Shown piece after piece: positions 12,953 through 25,551 of a DNA stretch of 64,000 bases. The DNA is from Xylographa opegraphella (Eukaryota). The DNA lies in assembly GCA_022813865.1 (NCBI GenBank), contig JALDZX010000039.1, positions 1 to 64,000 on the forward strand. The letters run 5' to 3'. Position numbers and translations under genes: made by a program. Each line of letters begins with the position of its first letter. Within the stretch, counting starts at the first letter, position 1. The notes under the pieces were generated by a model, which made no database searches, had not been told where the DNA came from, and worked only from the letters and a program-made list of their open reading frames with translations.

Positions 12953-14030
12953 TGTCTTACAGTATTGCTCTGATAACTCGAGAATGGATTGTGATAGTGT
13001 ACAAACGGATAGTGTTTGAGGTGTAGCAGAAGGAACCCAAACAGTAACGGCAAGGAGAAAATGCAAAGCTTTTCCACTCAACATGGACAATATAATATCG
13101 TAGATGACAGGCAGGAAATACGGATTATACAAGCAAGCTGTGGCTGTGGTTGTAGGATGATCCTTGGGTGAACCAACAAGGCTTCAGACATTATTAATAC
13201 AATCAATCTGATTATCTGATCATTACGAAGTGGAGGCTGTTTTGCTTACAGAAACGCCAAGACATCGTCGTTTTGCGGAAGCTGCGGAGACCGAAGCCCG
13301 AATTTGATTTGAAGGAAGAGCGGTATAATGTTTCAAATCAAGGAGAAATATTGACTCATAACAGTTTCTTAGAATATGCTCAGTCCTTGTGCCAACGGTC
13401 TGCATGACACCTAGCAATAGTTTGTGAATTGTTATAGGTACTACAGTCGGCAATTCAGGAAGCCGAATTCATAGCTTCAGATTTCCGAGAATAGAAGCCA
13501 AGTACGACTCCGACACTCTAACAACATCTCCAGTTTTGTACAAAATACTCTTCCTATGAGCTTCCGCTTCCGATTCCTCATATTCTTCACTAACTTTCTC
13601 CCACTCGATTCTGCTGAGCTGCTAGAGTTTGTATGCTAAGCAGATATGTTGTGAGCTCAAATGGATCGCAACGACGGAAGTTTCGATCTTCCTTTGGTCA
13701 GTATCTTGGCAAGATTGCTCGAAACTCATACTTCTTATAGACTGCTGCAGCCTGACCAACAAGCCAGTCCTAGCGGCCTGACCGAATATGGAGACTATCG
13801 TACCTTGCTCTTGTTCAAGTGCTCGGAAATCTGGCAGTGAACAGGAACCTCATTATAGGCCGCCGCATCAAGCATCCCTCATGCAAAGCATAGCGAAGGA
13901 ACGTCGTTTCTTTCAGATTCTTTCAAAAGCTCAGTCTCGCATATCCAACTCGTTTTTATGTGTGCTGGTATGAATTTTCGACATCGCCGGCCTCCGAGCA
14001 CAGTCAAAGCTGTGCTGGCAAGTCTTAATA

Positions 14031-14888
14031 TCAATTCTTCTTTGATTTCGGGACCTTTGATGCCTTCTCGAACCCCCCTTCCACGAGTGCCTCTCTCGCC
14101 ACTGCGCTGATGATTCTGAAACGATCAGGTCCAAGCTTCACACCTCCATACCACCGGCTGACCATGACAAGCACATTCCATAAATCCATCACTTGCAACA
14201 GATGTAATAGTCTGCCACCCGCTGCTGTTTCGCCGTCATCATCACAGTCCTGATACACGAGTTCCTTGTCCAACGGACTTTTAGGCGAGAAGTGAATACG
14301 ATAAGCGGTGATATTATGTGTGGCTTTAGCAAGTTTCTTGTCAGTTGCTAGGAGTTGGGAAACATAGGCCGAAGCTTCAGCGGGAGATGCCACAGTACAG
14401 GCCCGAGCAATGAAGACCGATTTCTTCTCGATTTTTGGGGTGGAGACTACCCAGTTGGGACTCGGGTCGAATGTGGAAGCTGTCAGATTAGATGGACTTG
14501 GGGGTTCCACGTCTAAAACTCCCAAATACTGGTCTTGTATACCGTCATCTGTCCTGTCATGGCTTGACGATTGCGACTCTAGCAGGGATTCAAGCTCTTG
14601 AATCATATCATAGAGACAGACATCCCCAGCCTTCCATACATGGTTCATAGTCTCTCTTGCTACTTCCAAAACGTGAGAGCCATATCCCTTCGGAGCCGCA
14701 TCACCGGTCGACTCGACTCCATCGATCACAGGTCTTGAGTCTGGGTAGTCTGGGGGAAACCGGACTCGAAGGACGACAGGATGCGAAGGAACCGAAAGAA
14801 TGTAGACATATTCCTGGTCTGTTGATTGCAAAACATCGTCACTGTAGATAGCTTTGATAGCCAAGACTTCGCTATCGAGTTGTGACAT
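14031..14888 (-). CDS. YIH1: IMPACT/Yih1-family protein (RWD + UPF0029 domains)
   Basis: N-terminal EVLAIKAIY...FPPDYPDSRP (RWD). C-terminal KKSVFIA, ATHNITAYR, DDDGETAAGGRLLHLL and VSRWYGGVKLGPDRF. Confidence 0.9.
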   Translation of the reverse strand: MSQLDSEVLAIKAIYSDDVLQSTDQEYVYILSVPSHPVVLRVRFPPDYPDSRPVIDGVESTGDAAPKGYGSHVLEVARETMNHVWKAGDVCLYDMIQELESLLESQSSSHDRTDDGIQDQYLGVLDVEPPSPSNLTASTFDPSPNWVVSTPKIEKKSVFIARACTVASPAEASAYVSQLLATDKKLAKATHNITAYRIHFSPKSPLDKELVYQDCDDDGETAAGGRLLHLLQVMDLWNVLVMVSRWYGGVKLGPDRFRIISAVAREALVEGGFEKASKVPKSKKN

Positions 14889-15660
14889 CTGTCTGAGATA
14901 CGTTCGAAGGGAAGAAAAAGCGCTAGACTTTCTCGTTGGCTTCAACTCGTGCTCGTCTAACAATATGAAAAACGCCCTGAAAAACAACCTTTGGACACCA
15001 GGTTATGCAAATATCTTATTGATATAGGTAAAGCTCTGGGCAGCCCCTAATTTGAGCTAATCCTTATTTCTTTTATGTCGGCATAAGATAAGGATCTCGC
15101 CCTAAGCTTGCTGGAAACGACCACTAGGTAGACTGATATATTGATCTCATGAGCTTGCCTTTCTCAGAGACAGAGCCAGAGGCTTACAAAAGGGTTGACA
15201 CAAAATGGGCAACGAGATAGGTTGAGTCTGGAACCGTTATCCGAAGAGGCGAACTGCACTAGGGAGCAAACGAAGCACTAGCTTCTATTGATACCAGCGC
15301 AGTGGACCATGGCACGACCTACAATTTGGTCTTTGGGAATTTAGAGTAAGATAAATTTGTTGAGGACACCAAGAGCATTGTATGATATCATTGTGCAAGA
15401 ATATCGTTCTTGTCGAGGGCGGTCGACTCCGAATTTCCAGCTGAGGACCATCTGCTCTATCGACAGTCAAAACAAGCATTTTGTGACTGGTGATGAATAT
15501 TATCGTTGCCTATATGCCGAACACTGACGGAACTTTATATCGTGCTTCATGCTTGAATCTATGATACTTCTAGAAAGGGCTACGCTTCCCAGCCCCTTTT
15601 GCGAAACTCGTCTATCCTACCATTTGGTACACTATAAATACAAGTGGTCGCCACTACTAT

Positions 15661-16942
15661 TTATCCGGCGATTAAAACCCAGAGAAGGAAGAATATCTGT
15701 GATGGTATTAGCAAGCCTCCAGTGGAGCCGAGTTATGCATTGTACCATAAGAACACCGAACATCTTGGCAACAAGCCACCGGTTTCCCGAGACCCGTGAC
15801 CAGTATTTCATCAACTCCCGCTGAGCGCCTTGGACGTTGTCGACCACGTCCTCAGTGTTCGCATCAATTCGTTGTATCATTTCACTTACAGGTTAGCTTC
15901 ATTCGCATAGGCTCAAGGGAGGGCATACCTTTGTTCCGAAACCATACTTGCAAGTTGCCCAAAAATCCCACCCAGTTCATTTATCGTTTGCTCGATAGCT
16001 TCAATAGCTTGCCCTCTTGCTTGTATGTAAGTGTTTGTAGGTTGTGCTTCCTCCATCATAAGAAGCTGTTGATCGGTAGTGGCACCACTTCTGCCAAGTG
16101 TCATTGTCGACGAAGGATCCAGATTCAGTATGTCGGACTGAGTGTTTTGATAGCCTGGTGAAGGCGTTGGGGACTTAGTAGGAGTGTTATACAACGGCGA
16201 AGCGGATTTCAGGGGGTCGAGTTGTGATTGGGATTGGGCTGACACCGAAGATACAAAGTTCTCGGTCCGTGATCGAGAGGCCTGAATGTTCTTGGTACGG
16301 ACTTCCAGAACCTCTTTGAAATTGACCGACACATCTGCAAGTTTACCTTGAAGGAGAACAACAACCTGGACAATGTTAAAACTTGCGTCACTGGAAGGCA
16401 AAGTGCATAGTACATTCTTATTGTGCTCCCCTTCCTGATCCACATTACTGCTCCGTGCTACTTGAGCATGCTGCGTCTTCGATAGCGATTGCAATGACGA
16501 TATTTGGGAATTTAGGGATGAGAGATCCTGCTTAATGACATACGTCAATTCAGCGATTTCGACAGGCCGGTCATCGAACAGAGTTTTTCTCCTGGCCACT
16601 GCCAACGAATCAGTATAAGCAATACGGTGTCAGGCAGCCATCCAGACAGATCTCTTCACTTCAAAATCGAACAGACGTACATTGTGCCAGTCTTTCCAAT
16701 TTCTCCATCGTTCCAGAAATCCCGCGGCCAATTTCCGCCGCTCTTCGTGCGAACTCAGATCGCGTCCCTCTCCTGGGCCCTTTTGAGCCTCCATTTGCTG
16801 TGCCATTCGCCGCAGCCTTTTGTGCTTCGGTAAGAAGCGACTGTCGTTGACCCCCAGCTCTGTTAGAACTAAGCCGTTTTTGTGCCTGTGCAAGCACAGC
16901 ACGGAATTCGGGGGTTCGGTCCTGGATCGAGGTTGTGACCAT
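15661..16942 (-). CDS. SED5: cis-Golgi t-SNARE syntaxin 5; 5 exons (16942-16681, 16598-16414, 16365-15929, 15884-15746, 15696-15661)
   Basis: IQDRTPEF N-peptide, KLERLAQLARRKTLFDDRPVEI, SNARE motif AIEAIEQTINELGGIFGQLA...IQRIDAN and a C-terminal TM. All introns are GT-AG and preserve frame. Confidence 0.93.
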
Positions 16943-17871
16943 CGTCGAGAATGGAGACGTAGAAGTGAACACCGCTCAGAAGAACAAGAGGCTATTGCTC
17001 TGCTCTCATAGCTTGAGAAGTCGACCTCTACGTTAGACGTGTCCGGAAAGAAGATGGGCTGCACCCAGGCACCATGTAGTGATGTACACGTATACGTTTC
17101 CGGATGTTTGTGATAATTGGAAGCACAAAATCTGTTGCGCTGCACCTGATATGTCAAGATCTGAGTCAAGCAATGTAGCTGACAGCCTCAAAAGGTTATA
17201 TAGGCTGGTACAAGTCCCAAGAGCATGTGTATCGGTACCTTAATAAATGTTTGGCATAATCCGAACAATTGCCAAGGCTGTCGGCCAAATGGCCTCCGTG
17301 CCCCGATACCCGCAACGAGACTAGCTTCACGATGACCTGTTCGCTGAGCCACGTCCAGCGAAAGCAAGGAAGCTATTGATAGGCTCATAGAGAATTGGCC
17401 CCCAGTACTACTAGGGTCGTCTACACGAGAGCATTACAATCAATTACTACTGTTCACGAAAACCTGCGACCACTCTTCCACGCTTCGTCTTCGTCGTGAC
17501 CATACCAAGCCACTCTGAGCAGGCCAGATGTCTGGACTGCACTGTGCTGGCAACTTTGAAGATATCGCTATGATAGTGCGCGCAGTCCAAACCTGATTCC
17601 TGCTGATTTATCACCTGCGACCTCCTAAGCGGCCATTCCCCACCTCTTGTACTTATCTTCGCCCCCAGAGAGCGATATCTGTATCTAATATCCCATCTTC
17701 TGCGATCTGTGTTAGGAGGCTTTTCGTTGGACATGCTCGCCCTCTTCTGAGCGCATAGCACCCTTACAACCGTTCGGGTACGGGTGTAGCGAGTCTTCTA
17801 GGTGAGCAAGCCTAAAGCTATCTGTATAAATGGCTAAGCGCATAGTCTGTGTATAGTATTTGCCACTCAAC

Positions 17872-20800
17872 ATGAACACCAACGCGTCTACTGGACCAGG
17901 GGGGCCTCCAACATCATTCAAGACCAATGTCAATCGTGCGAAGACAAAACGATGGGTGGAAGCCAAATCTTATTCTTACGATGGCGATGATTGGGGAGAC
18001 GTTGATGACTATGACGAGTATGGGGGATATGATACTGGGCCTTCACAGAGGACAATGGGCCTGAGGCAACAAGGTCAATCAGCTGCTACTTCGGCAGGAG
18101 TCTTTCAAGGTCAAGGACAGATGGTGCAGTCGCCTGTGGAGACACCGGAACAAGCATATATCGCTCCAGGTGGGCAACCTTCACAGCTGCAACAGGAATA
18201 CGGAGGACAGAGCTCCATCAGTAGCCAGGCATACCATCAGTCTAGTCAGGGTAGGAAAGATTCATTCGCCTCCGGCGACGAACGGAGCATGTTCTCAGCT
18301 GGTGGTCCGCAGTACATGGGTCCGAATGTCGGGTCCGCCAGTCAGGTCTCAGCTCAGCAGGACCAAGGTCTGCCTTCAGGAAACCCGCAGATACGAATGC
18401 CAGCCCAAGGGCCACAAATGTTCCAGCATCCCGCCCAAACCCAAAGTAGACCGAGTATGGAAGGACAGCAGCGCATTTTAGGACAAGGCCCGCCTCCCGC
18501 AAGCTATCGCGGTTTCCCGTACTCGGATCGTTCGCGGCAACCGGGTGATGGTAGTCGAACGCAGTCTATGACAAGTTCAACGTCATCGCAGGAACTGCAT
18601 AATCGAAGAGACTTTTCACCGTCTGCAATGCCTCAGCCTCTCCACACTCAATCTCGTGAGCCTCCCCTTCGGAAGAGCAGCCTCAGCCAGTTCGACACTC
18701 CAAGAATTGCAAGTGAGTCTTCCCAGTCTGAAATGGGTGCTCAGGCAACCACAGCTGCGTATTCAGACATGGATAGAGTGTCACATCCGCCCGACTCTCG
18801 GGATCGAGCGGACAGCAGTGTCAAGCCTCTTCCGTTTGTCCGACCTGCAGATATCTACAAGCGAATGGCAGAAGAAAAGGAAAAAGAACGGCAGTCGCAA
18901 GAGTCATCGAGGCCGAGTATGGAGGTAGTCACTGGCGGTCAACCTCTTCTGCCTCGTGATGCTAGTCCCATTAGGTCCGCTGCTCCCTCCAGCACCGAGC
19001 ACTCGGGGGGAGAATCTGGGACTTACCATAGCTCCGGAGAAGGCGTTGACAACGAACCGTACTCTCGTAGCAGGTCTAATTTGGACCCTGTCATTGAGAG
19101 AAAAAGCGAGTATGGGATCGAAACTATGGATGAAGTTAATCGAGCGAGTAGTATTGGGCCCAGTCATGGAGTTAACGCAGCACAACCTCAGTCCGGCGTT
19201 TCAGCAGAACGTGGCTCTTCTTCTGGTAGTCCTAGGCTACCTGATGTACCTCGAATGTCGGGATTTGGAGAATCTTTCTTGGGATCCATGGGTAATACCT
19301 ATGGGAATTTACGGGATCCGAGTACAGATGAACAAATATTTGCAGAAACTGCACAGTATCCTACATACTTATCGGCGCCTGATGGACCTCCTTCTGCTCT
19401 GCAGCATCAACCGTCCCAAGGTTTCAGAACAGTAGTCAGCAAAGCTTTTGAAGATCAGGTACCTCCAACTCCAACATCTACCACAGGCTCAGCAATTGCA
19501 CGCAGCAATAGTGAAAGCACCAATGACATTAGCCCGATCGTCAGCAGAGCTCCAAGCGCAGTAACACCGGACACGAGAATGCGGCAAGCTGACGCAAGAC
19601 ACGATAATATTCCAATTATAGCCGAAGAGTCTACTGCAGGCACTTCTAGGCCTACTTCACAGGACACCGTTGCAGCATCAAAGCCTGTGGTGAGAAAGCC
19701 ATCGCCTTCTAGGGGATTGCGATTGGATTCATCCACTCCAGTGTCTCCCGTCATTCCTGGCCATCGACGGAATATAAGCACTCCCAGCCCGGACAACAGC
19801 CCAGCCCGTACACCAGCTGTCGAAACGATGCAGCAGCTTCGACAACCACAAGAAGCCGAACTTGCAGTCACGACCCCTACAAGTATGACGCATAACAGTA
19901 GCACTGGAAGTAATGTGATGCCACGGAGTGCGGGCAAGATATTGGAGGATAATACCGGTCCTCAGTCCGCAAACTACACAGATGTCAAAGCCGCTCCAGC
20001 TTCCGGTTCAACACTAAGTGGAGCAGATTCTCCAAGCAAAAGTCGCGTGCGTGATCTTGCAGATCAATTTGAAAGCCGGGACCTCAGCAGACAGGCCTCA
20101 AATTCGTCCTTACAGGCTAGCAGCGCCAGTCCGACACCTGGAAACGCGCAGAAAACTTTACCTTCGAGGCCACCTCCCGACCGGTTGGAAAGTTTCAGGC
20201 CACATCTACCTGGTGGTTGGGATTCTTACGCATCAGGTGCTCCTGCTTCTTCGGGGCCCGCGGGGTTTCATAGCAAGACTCGGGAATCTGCAAATAATGA
20301 GCAGGTAGAGAATTCCGCATTGGAGTCTTCTGCATCGCACCGACAGCATGACGAGACCACAGACCCAGATGATATTCATGCTAGCAAGTCAGAGCTAAAC
20401 CCAGTCAGCAGTGCATCAAACGAAAGCATGGATATCACTCCAACTACTGTTAAGCGCACTCTATCAAAACCATCTGAAAACATATCAATCAGCGACCCTT
20501 TTTCGGCAGTTGCTGCCGCTGGAGCTGCATTAGCAGGAGCTTTCACCTCTGCTGTAGGCTTGGACCAAGAGGGGTTTGTAGATGAAGAACCCTACACAAG
20601 CCAAGCACAAAGGTCAGATGACTTCGGAGCTGCTCGTGGCCGTAGCGCTTCTTTGCAGAATTCAGCATTTCATCCAGAAGCCTCCAAGCCGTGGGTGTCT
20701 CAAGACGATGATTCAACTTCAAGCGTAGCTCCGACACCGCTTGATACTATGACTGACCAAGGGCACCATTCCGATAACCTCAATTACTTCCCGCCTGTAG

Positions 20801-23800
20801 TTCCTCTGAAGCAAAGGCCGTATCCGATAGAGACCGTTAATGAAACAACACCATCACGACCGCAGATACTTCCAACCATGAGCACTGAGACTAGTCCCAA
20901 CGACTATGAAAGTGATCGACTTCGGAAACAACTTGTCAGAGAACTTAGTCCGCATGTTGAGCACTTCCCTGAGGATCAATTGATGATGCCTTCAGTGTCA
21001 CAATATGATGAATCAGGAAATTCACCAAGCCCAAGCGTAAGGCGTCAAGAACATGATAGCATGTTCCTTCCTCAAGAGTACGAAAGCTACTGGAATGGGT
21101 CTAATAACGGGGACAGTATCAGTCATCGAGCTAGCCATCAGGATACACCCATGCAAGGCTCAACCAGCAGAGACGTGGAAGAAAATCCTGCAATCGGATC
21201 AACATCCTCCATGAGTGTGGAATTCCCCAGTATATCTGCGGAGCAAGCTCCAACTCCTATACATAACGACAATGCATCACAATTTTTACAAGTGCGACCG
21301 AATCAATTAACTCACAGATTTTCTTGGGAGCCTGTACCCGAGGAAATAAATGCATCGCTGCAAGATAGCACTCCAGGCGATGTTGCTGGAAACAAAGCTG
21401 TCACCGATCACTCGCCCAGCGTTTCTACGCCGGTACAGAACGACTCTCAGACTACCTCATTCGGCCCTGCTGACGCCGACAATGAGGTTTTAAAGGAGCT
21501 ACCGAATGTGGACTTAAGTTTACCTCACATTATTGATCCGGTTCCGATTGAACAGACATCGCCCGAGGAAACTACCAGAAGCAGAACTCAGGCGGACGAG
21601 CGTGCGGGTTATACGCCGCTTCCACCATTACCGACTGATCCAGCTACAATCCCGTCTTTCCGTGCGATCATAGCCCTCAAGAATCCGACGGAGCGCATTC
21701 AGACATACAAAGCCACTCGAGAGCAGTTTGCCCATATGGACACTGGCTTGAGTCATTGGCTCACCACAACTATTAATGATCTGCCTGAACATTCAGATCT
21801 TCTCAGTAACGGCGGAGTGTTTGGCAACATGTCTGGCAACAAGTCATCACCATCTCGTAGCAAATTTCCAGGGCTTCGAATTGCAAGCGGACAAAGCTCA
21901 CAGCAACCGCAGAATCAACAGTCCTCAGGTAAAAATTCTCATATGATGTCCTCAAGTCCGAATTCCCCAGCCGGTATAAATTATGCAAATTCATCGGGCT
22001 ACACCCAGGGAAGTTCCAGCGGTAGAATCTCTGGCCAGCAAATGCAGGCAAAGGGAAAAGATCTCCTGCATAGTGCAGGTTTGTTTGGCGGTAAAGCTAA
22101 TAATGCTGCGAAAGGGTTGTTCTCAAAAGGCAGGAGCAAATTCAGGGGGAGTGGTAGCGCTGACAAGGTAGATTCTTGATTCTCCGACCCTTTTGTGAGA
22201 ACACTTCATACCTTCATGAATTCCCTTCACGTTGCCTTCGGTTCTGAAATGACGGCGTTGTTTCAGTGTGGTAGCGTGGCGCTCCTGTACTTGTACTTCA
22301 AATTGAGCATGAGATAATGTCAAGGCGCTGGCTTTTAACGCTTTTGGTACAATGGAATTTTAGTCAAAAAAGTGATTGAGGCGAGATGCAGTAATTGATT
22401 CTTCTGTGATTGCAGGCTACTCTCCAAGAATCGTTTGCCCCTATTCCTAGTCTGTCACAAGATATGCCAATATCCTATCAGCCGCACAGCGATAATATAG
22501 GCCAAGGTACATCTTTATTAGTCTCTCCCGACCGTGATTTCTTGAGCTTATAAGATATAGTTTCGAAGACTGCTTCCCATCAAGATAGTCAAAGCCGACC
22601 TGTGTCGTCTACTTTTGCTCGTGGTGTCGAATATCTGGGGTCCAGTGATAGGGTTTCACCGCTTCCCTGCGGCTATATAATAGATCAAGAAAGCATACCT
22701 CACGACGTACCCCGGCGCTCGTTCGATGCATCAAGAGGTTCAGTCCAGAATTCAAGTACACTTCGAACAACACCGTTTTCAGCAGATGATAGGTTACGCG
22801 ACAAAGATAATATGGTACAAAATCCTGCTCGAGGTGGATCATCCCCATCCGAAGGGACCAGTAACGGACTTGAAAAACCAGCTCCCACTATTGACACCCA
22901 CGAAAATATAAGAGATGGTGTAATGAGTCCAAAGTCGGCTTCTTCGAGCAATCGTACCCCCACACAAGCGGATTTTGCAAATGACGACCTCGGTCGAGAA
23001 ATGTATCCACTACCAAGTCCTTTGCCCGACCTGCCAAGTCCCGAGCTCGGTGATTCCCAGCTTTTTGATAAGCGAACCTTCTCAAAAATCCCGTCGTCTC
23101 ATCCCGTACATGATATTTCGCCAGTGGAGCTTGCAACTAACCGTGAACCACGAATTTCAGCTGATAAAGACAAATTTTCCTTACCGCTAAAGAACTCCAG
23201 TTGGTCATCCGGGATGGACACTCGAGAATTGGAAAATCCATCCACCGAGGCAAGATCGAATGTTGTCGTCCCCCTTCGTGCATCAGAAGACTCAGAGGGT
23301 ACCTACCATACAGCTGATTCTGGAGAAGAATTTCAAATGCGACCCGATTCAGTCACATTAGCCTTGCCCCGCACACAGACCGAAAAGATTCCACATAGTG
23401 CAGTAACTACTTCTTCTGAAGATTTCCAGACGCTGGCACTGCAGAATTCACCAGCAGAAAATTCGGCTATAAACCGTGAAGCATCGGAGCCCCCTTCAAG
23501 ACCCTTTTCCTTCAACTCATTCGGCCAGATACCCAACGGAGACCTGACTTTTCTAGGCTCTAATATAGATAGCAATCATGATAGAGTCCCTGAACAGCTA
23601 CCATTGAGACCTATTCAACCGCAGCAATCAGTTCCTAACCAAGAAAGTCAGAGTAATCATACTCACTACGATACAAACTATGATTTCATTCCCGCGAATA
23701 ATCAGAATTCTGGGGCACCACGGCCACGATCTTTCTCGCGTCCCTTTCAAGATCCGAATGTCCGTCAACATCTAGCATTTCGACAGAATGAGGCGGTGGA

Positions 23801-25551
23801 CGAAACAGCTGATCTTCCTGCGCAGTACTATCCACCACAAGTTCAGCGAGATGAGGCGTTGGACAGAGCAGCTGATCTTCCAGCACAGTACTATCCACCA
23901 CAAGTTCGCCGAGATGAGGCGATGATAGCACAAGGCACAGAGTACCAGCTTGAGGGAGTTGGACCTCCTTCAGCGGAGCCTAATGGCAAAGCAAGATCAC
24001 GCAGGAGTTCTCGCAGCTCAGCCTTCTTCAAAAACTTCATCCTGCCCTCAGAAAAAGAGGTTCCTCCGATACCCCACAGCAGCAACGACCCGCAAGCGAC
24101 CGACTCACCGTCTGCCTCTCCTATCAATCCTGCGAAAAAGAAGAAGCGAGCTAGCCTATTTCGTAGCCTCACTGGTCAGACTGGGAGTGATAAGGGTCGC
24201 AGCCGGAATAACTCTCAGGCGTCTCCAGCAACATCTCAACTGAACACACAGCCTCCGGCAAGCTCAAGCTCGCCCGTACGTGAACAGCATCGGTCTTTTA
24301 CAAGCCCAGCACCTAAGCCAAACACTAGCGGTACGCGGAACAAGCTGCAACGCGCTTCAGTATCAGGTGTGCCGGAGCAGGAGGAAGGAAGGAAGAAACG
24401 GTTTTCAGGTTTAGGCGTGAGCAATGTCGAGCGTACTTTTAAGAATTCATGTTAACTGGTTTCAGAATCTCTTTGGCCATTCCAGTCCCAAGCAGCAAAA
24501 GGCGGTAACCTCCAAAACACAGCCAGCTTTCCGCAGAAATTCTTCGCAACAGAATACACCCGTAAATCAGTGGTCTTCGGATATTCAGCACCAGCGTCAC
24601 GAGCCTATGCCACCTACAGGGTATGAATCTGCCTACAATACTAATTATCAAAGCTATCCGCAGCCAGTACCTCCTCCAGGTTATGATATACCGCCTCTCG
24701 AAGGATACTACAGCCCAGACCGAATCAGTGGCTCCTTCTCTCCGGAACTAATCAATGGCCTGCAATCAGCACCAACCATAACGCAAAATCTAGCGCAGTA
24801 TGGAGAGCCGCCGTTACGACATCTGACCGAAAACCACCAACCGCAATATCAGCCACAATCGCCCTGGATCAGAAACTTGATGTCACATAGTCCGACACCA
24901 GATCCGCGTACGTACCCGGGACAATACGTTAGTCGCGAAGCACCAGGTTATCACAACGACTACCGCAACTTCAACAATCATCCTACATCAAATGAGCCAC
25001 GGCTGAATCAACAATACGAAACATCTCACCTTCCAGTTCAATCGTATCGGAGCCAAAACGAAGCTGGTATCGCTACGGTTTCTCCACGCAGTGCTCGTCT
25101 AGTCACTGGGTCCCAAGGATATCACGAAGCTCCGCCTGTGAGATACGACTCGCCCCCTCCACCGCCCCCGCCTCCCAAAGATGATCATCTTCTGCCAGGA
25201 TCCAGATCCCATCATGGACGCTCACTATCACAAATACCGCCACCAACACAGAACTCTCCATCTACGCCGCGCCAAGGAGCGGACCAAAGTCGCCAAAGTC
25301 TTCCTCCGCTTCAAACCAATTTTGGCAAAACACAAGTCGCTAGCGCTAGCGCAAGCACTCCCATGACACCTGAAGATGTACGACGAGCGCGGCGGCAGCA
25401 GATTGAAAGTTCGGGTCGTTCGCCTCGAGCACAGGCACGGAATGATGGCCACGTGTCTCAGCGTGATCCCGATGAGGAAATTGTTATGTCGAGTAGCAGT
25501 TATCCCGGCCAGGAATGGCAACCTAGTTATGGCAACTGGCACGATGATTAA
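17872..25551 (+). CDS. Large Ser/Pro/Gln-rich, probably disordered protein of unknown function (~2,460 aa if spliced: 17872-22167, 22416-24416, 24466-25551)
   Basis: Three long ORFs are joined in phase 0 by introns 22168-22415 (GTAGAT...TGCAG) and 24417-24465 (GTGAGC...TTAAC...CAG). Conserved-looking islands include FKTNVNRAKTKRWVEAKSYSYDGDDWG and MSSSSYPGQEWQP. The first junction is less certain, so this may be two genes. Confidence 0.65.
23790..23921 (+). repeat. Intragenic 63-bp tandem duplication (~2.1 copies; EAVDETADLPAQYYPPQVQRD / EALDRAADLPAQYYPPQVRRD)
   Basis: GAGGCG starts recur at 23790, 23853 and 23916, and the core CAGTACTATCCACCACAAGTTC is repeated. Confidence 0.9.

Noticed and set aside
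13460..13900. Protein-like minus-strand fragment (QLSRIEWEKVSEEYEESEAEAHRKSILYKTGDVVRV) with intron-like signals
   Set aside because: No coherent gene model or family could be assigned; needs BLASTX or RNA-seq.
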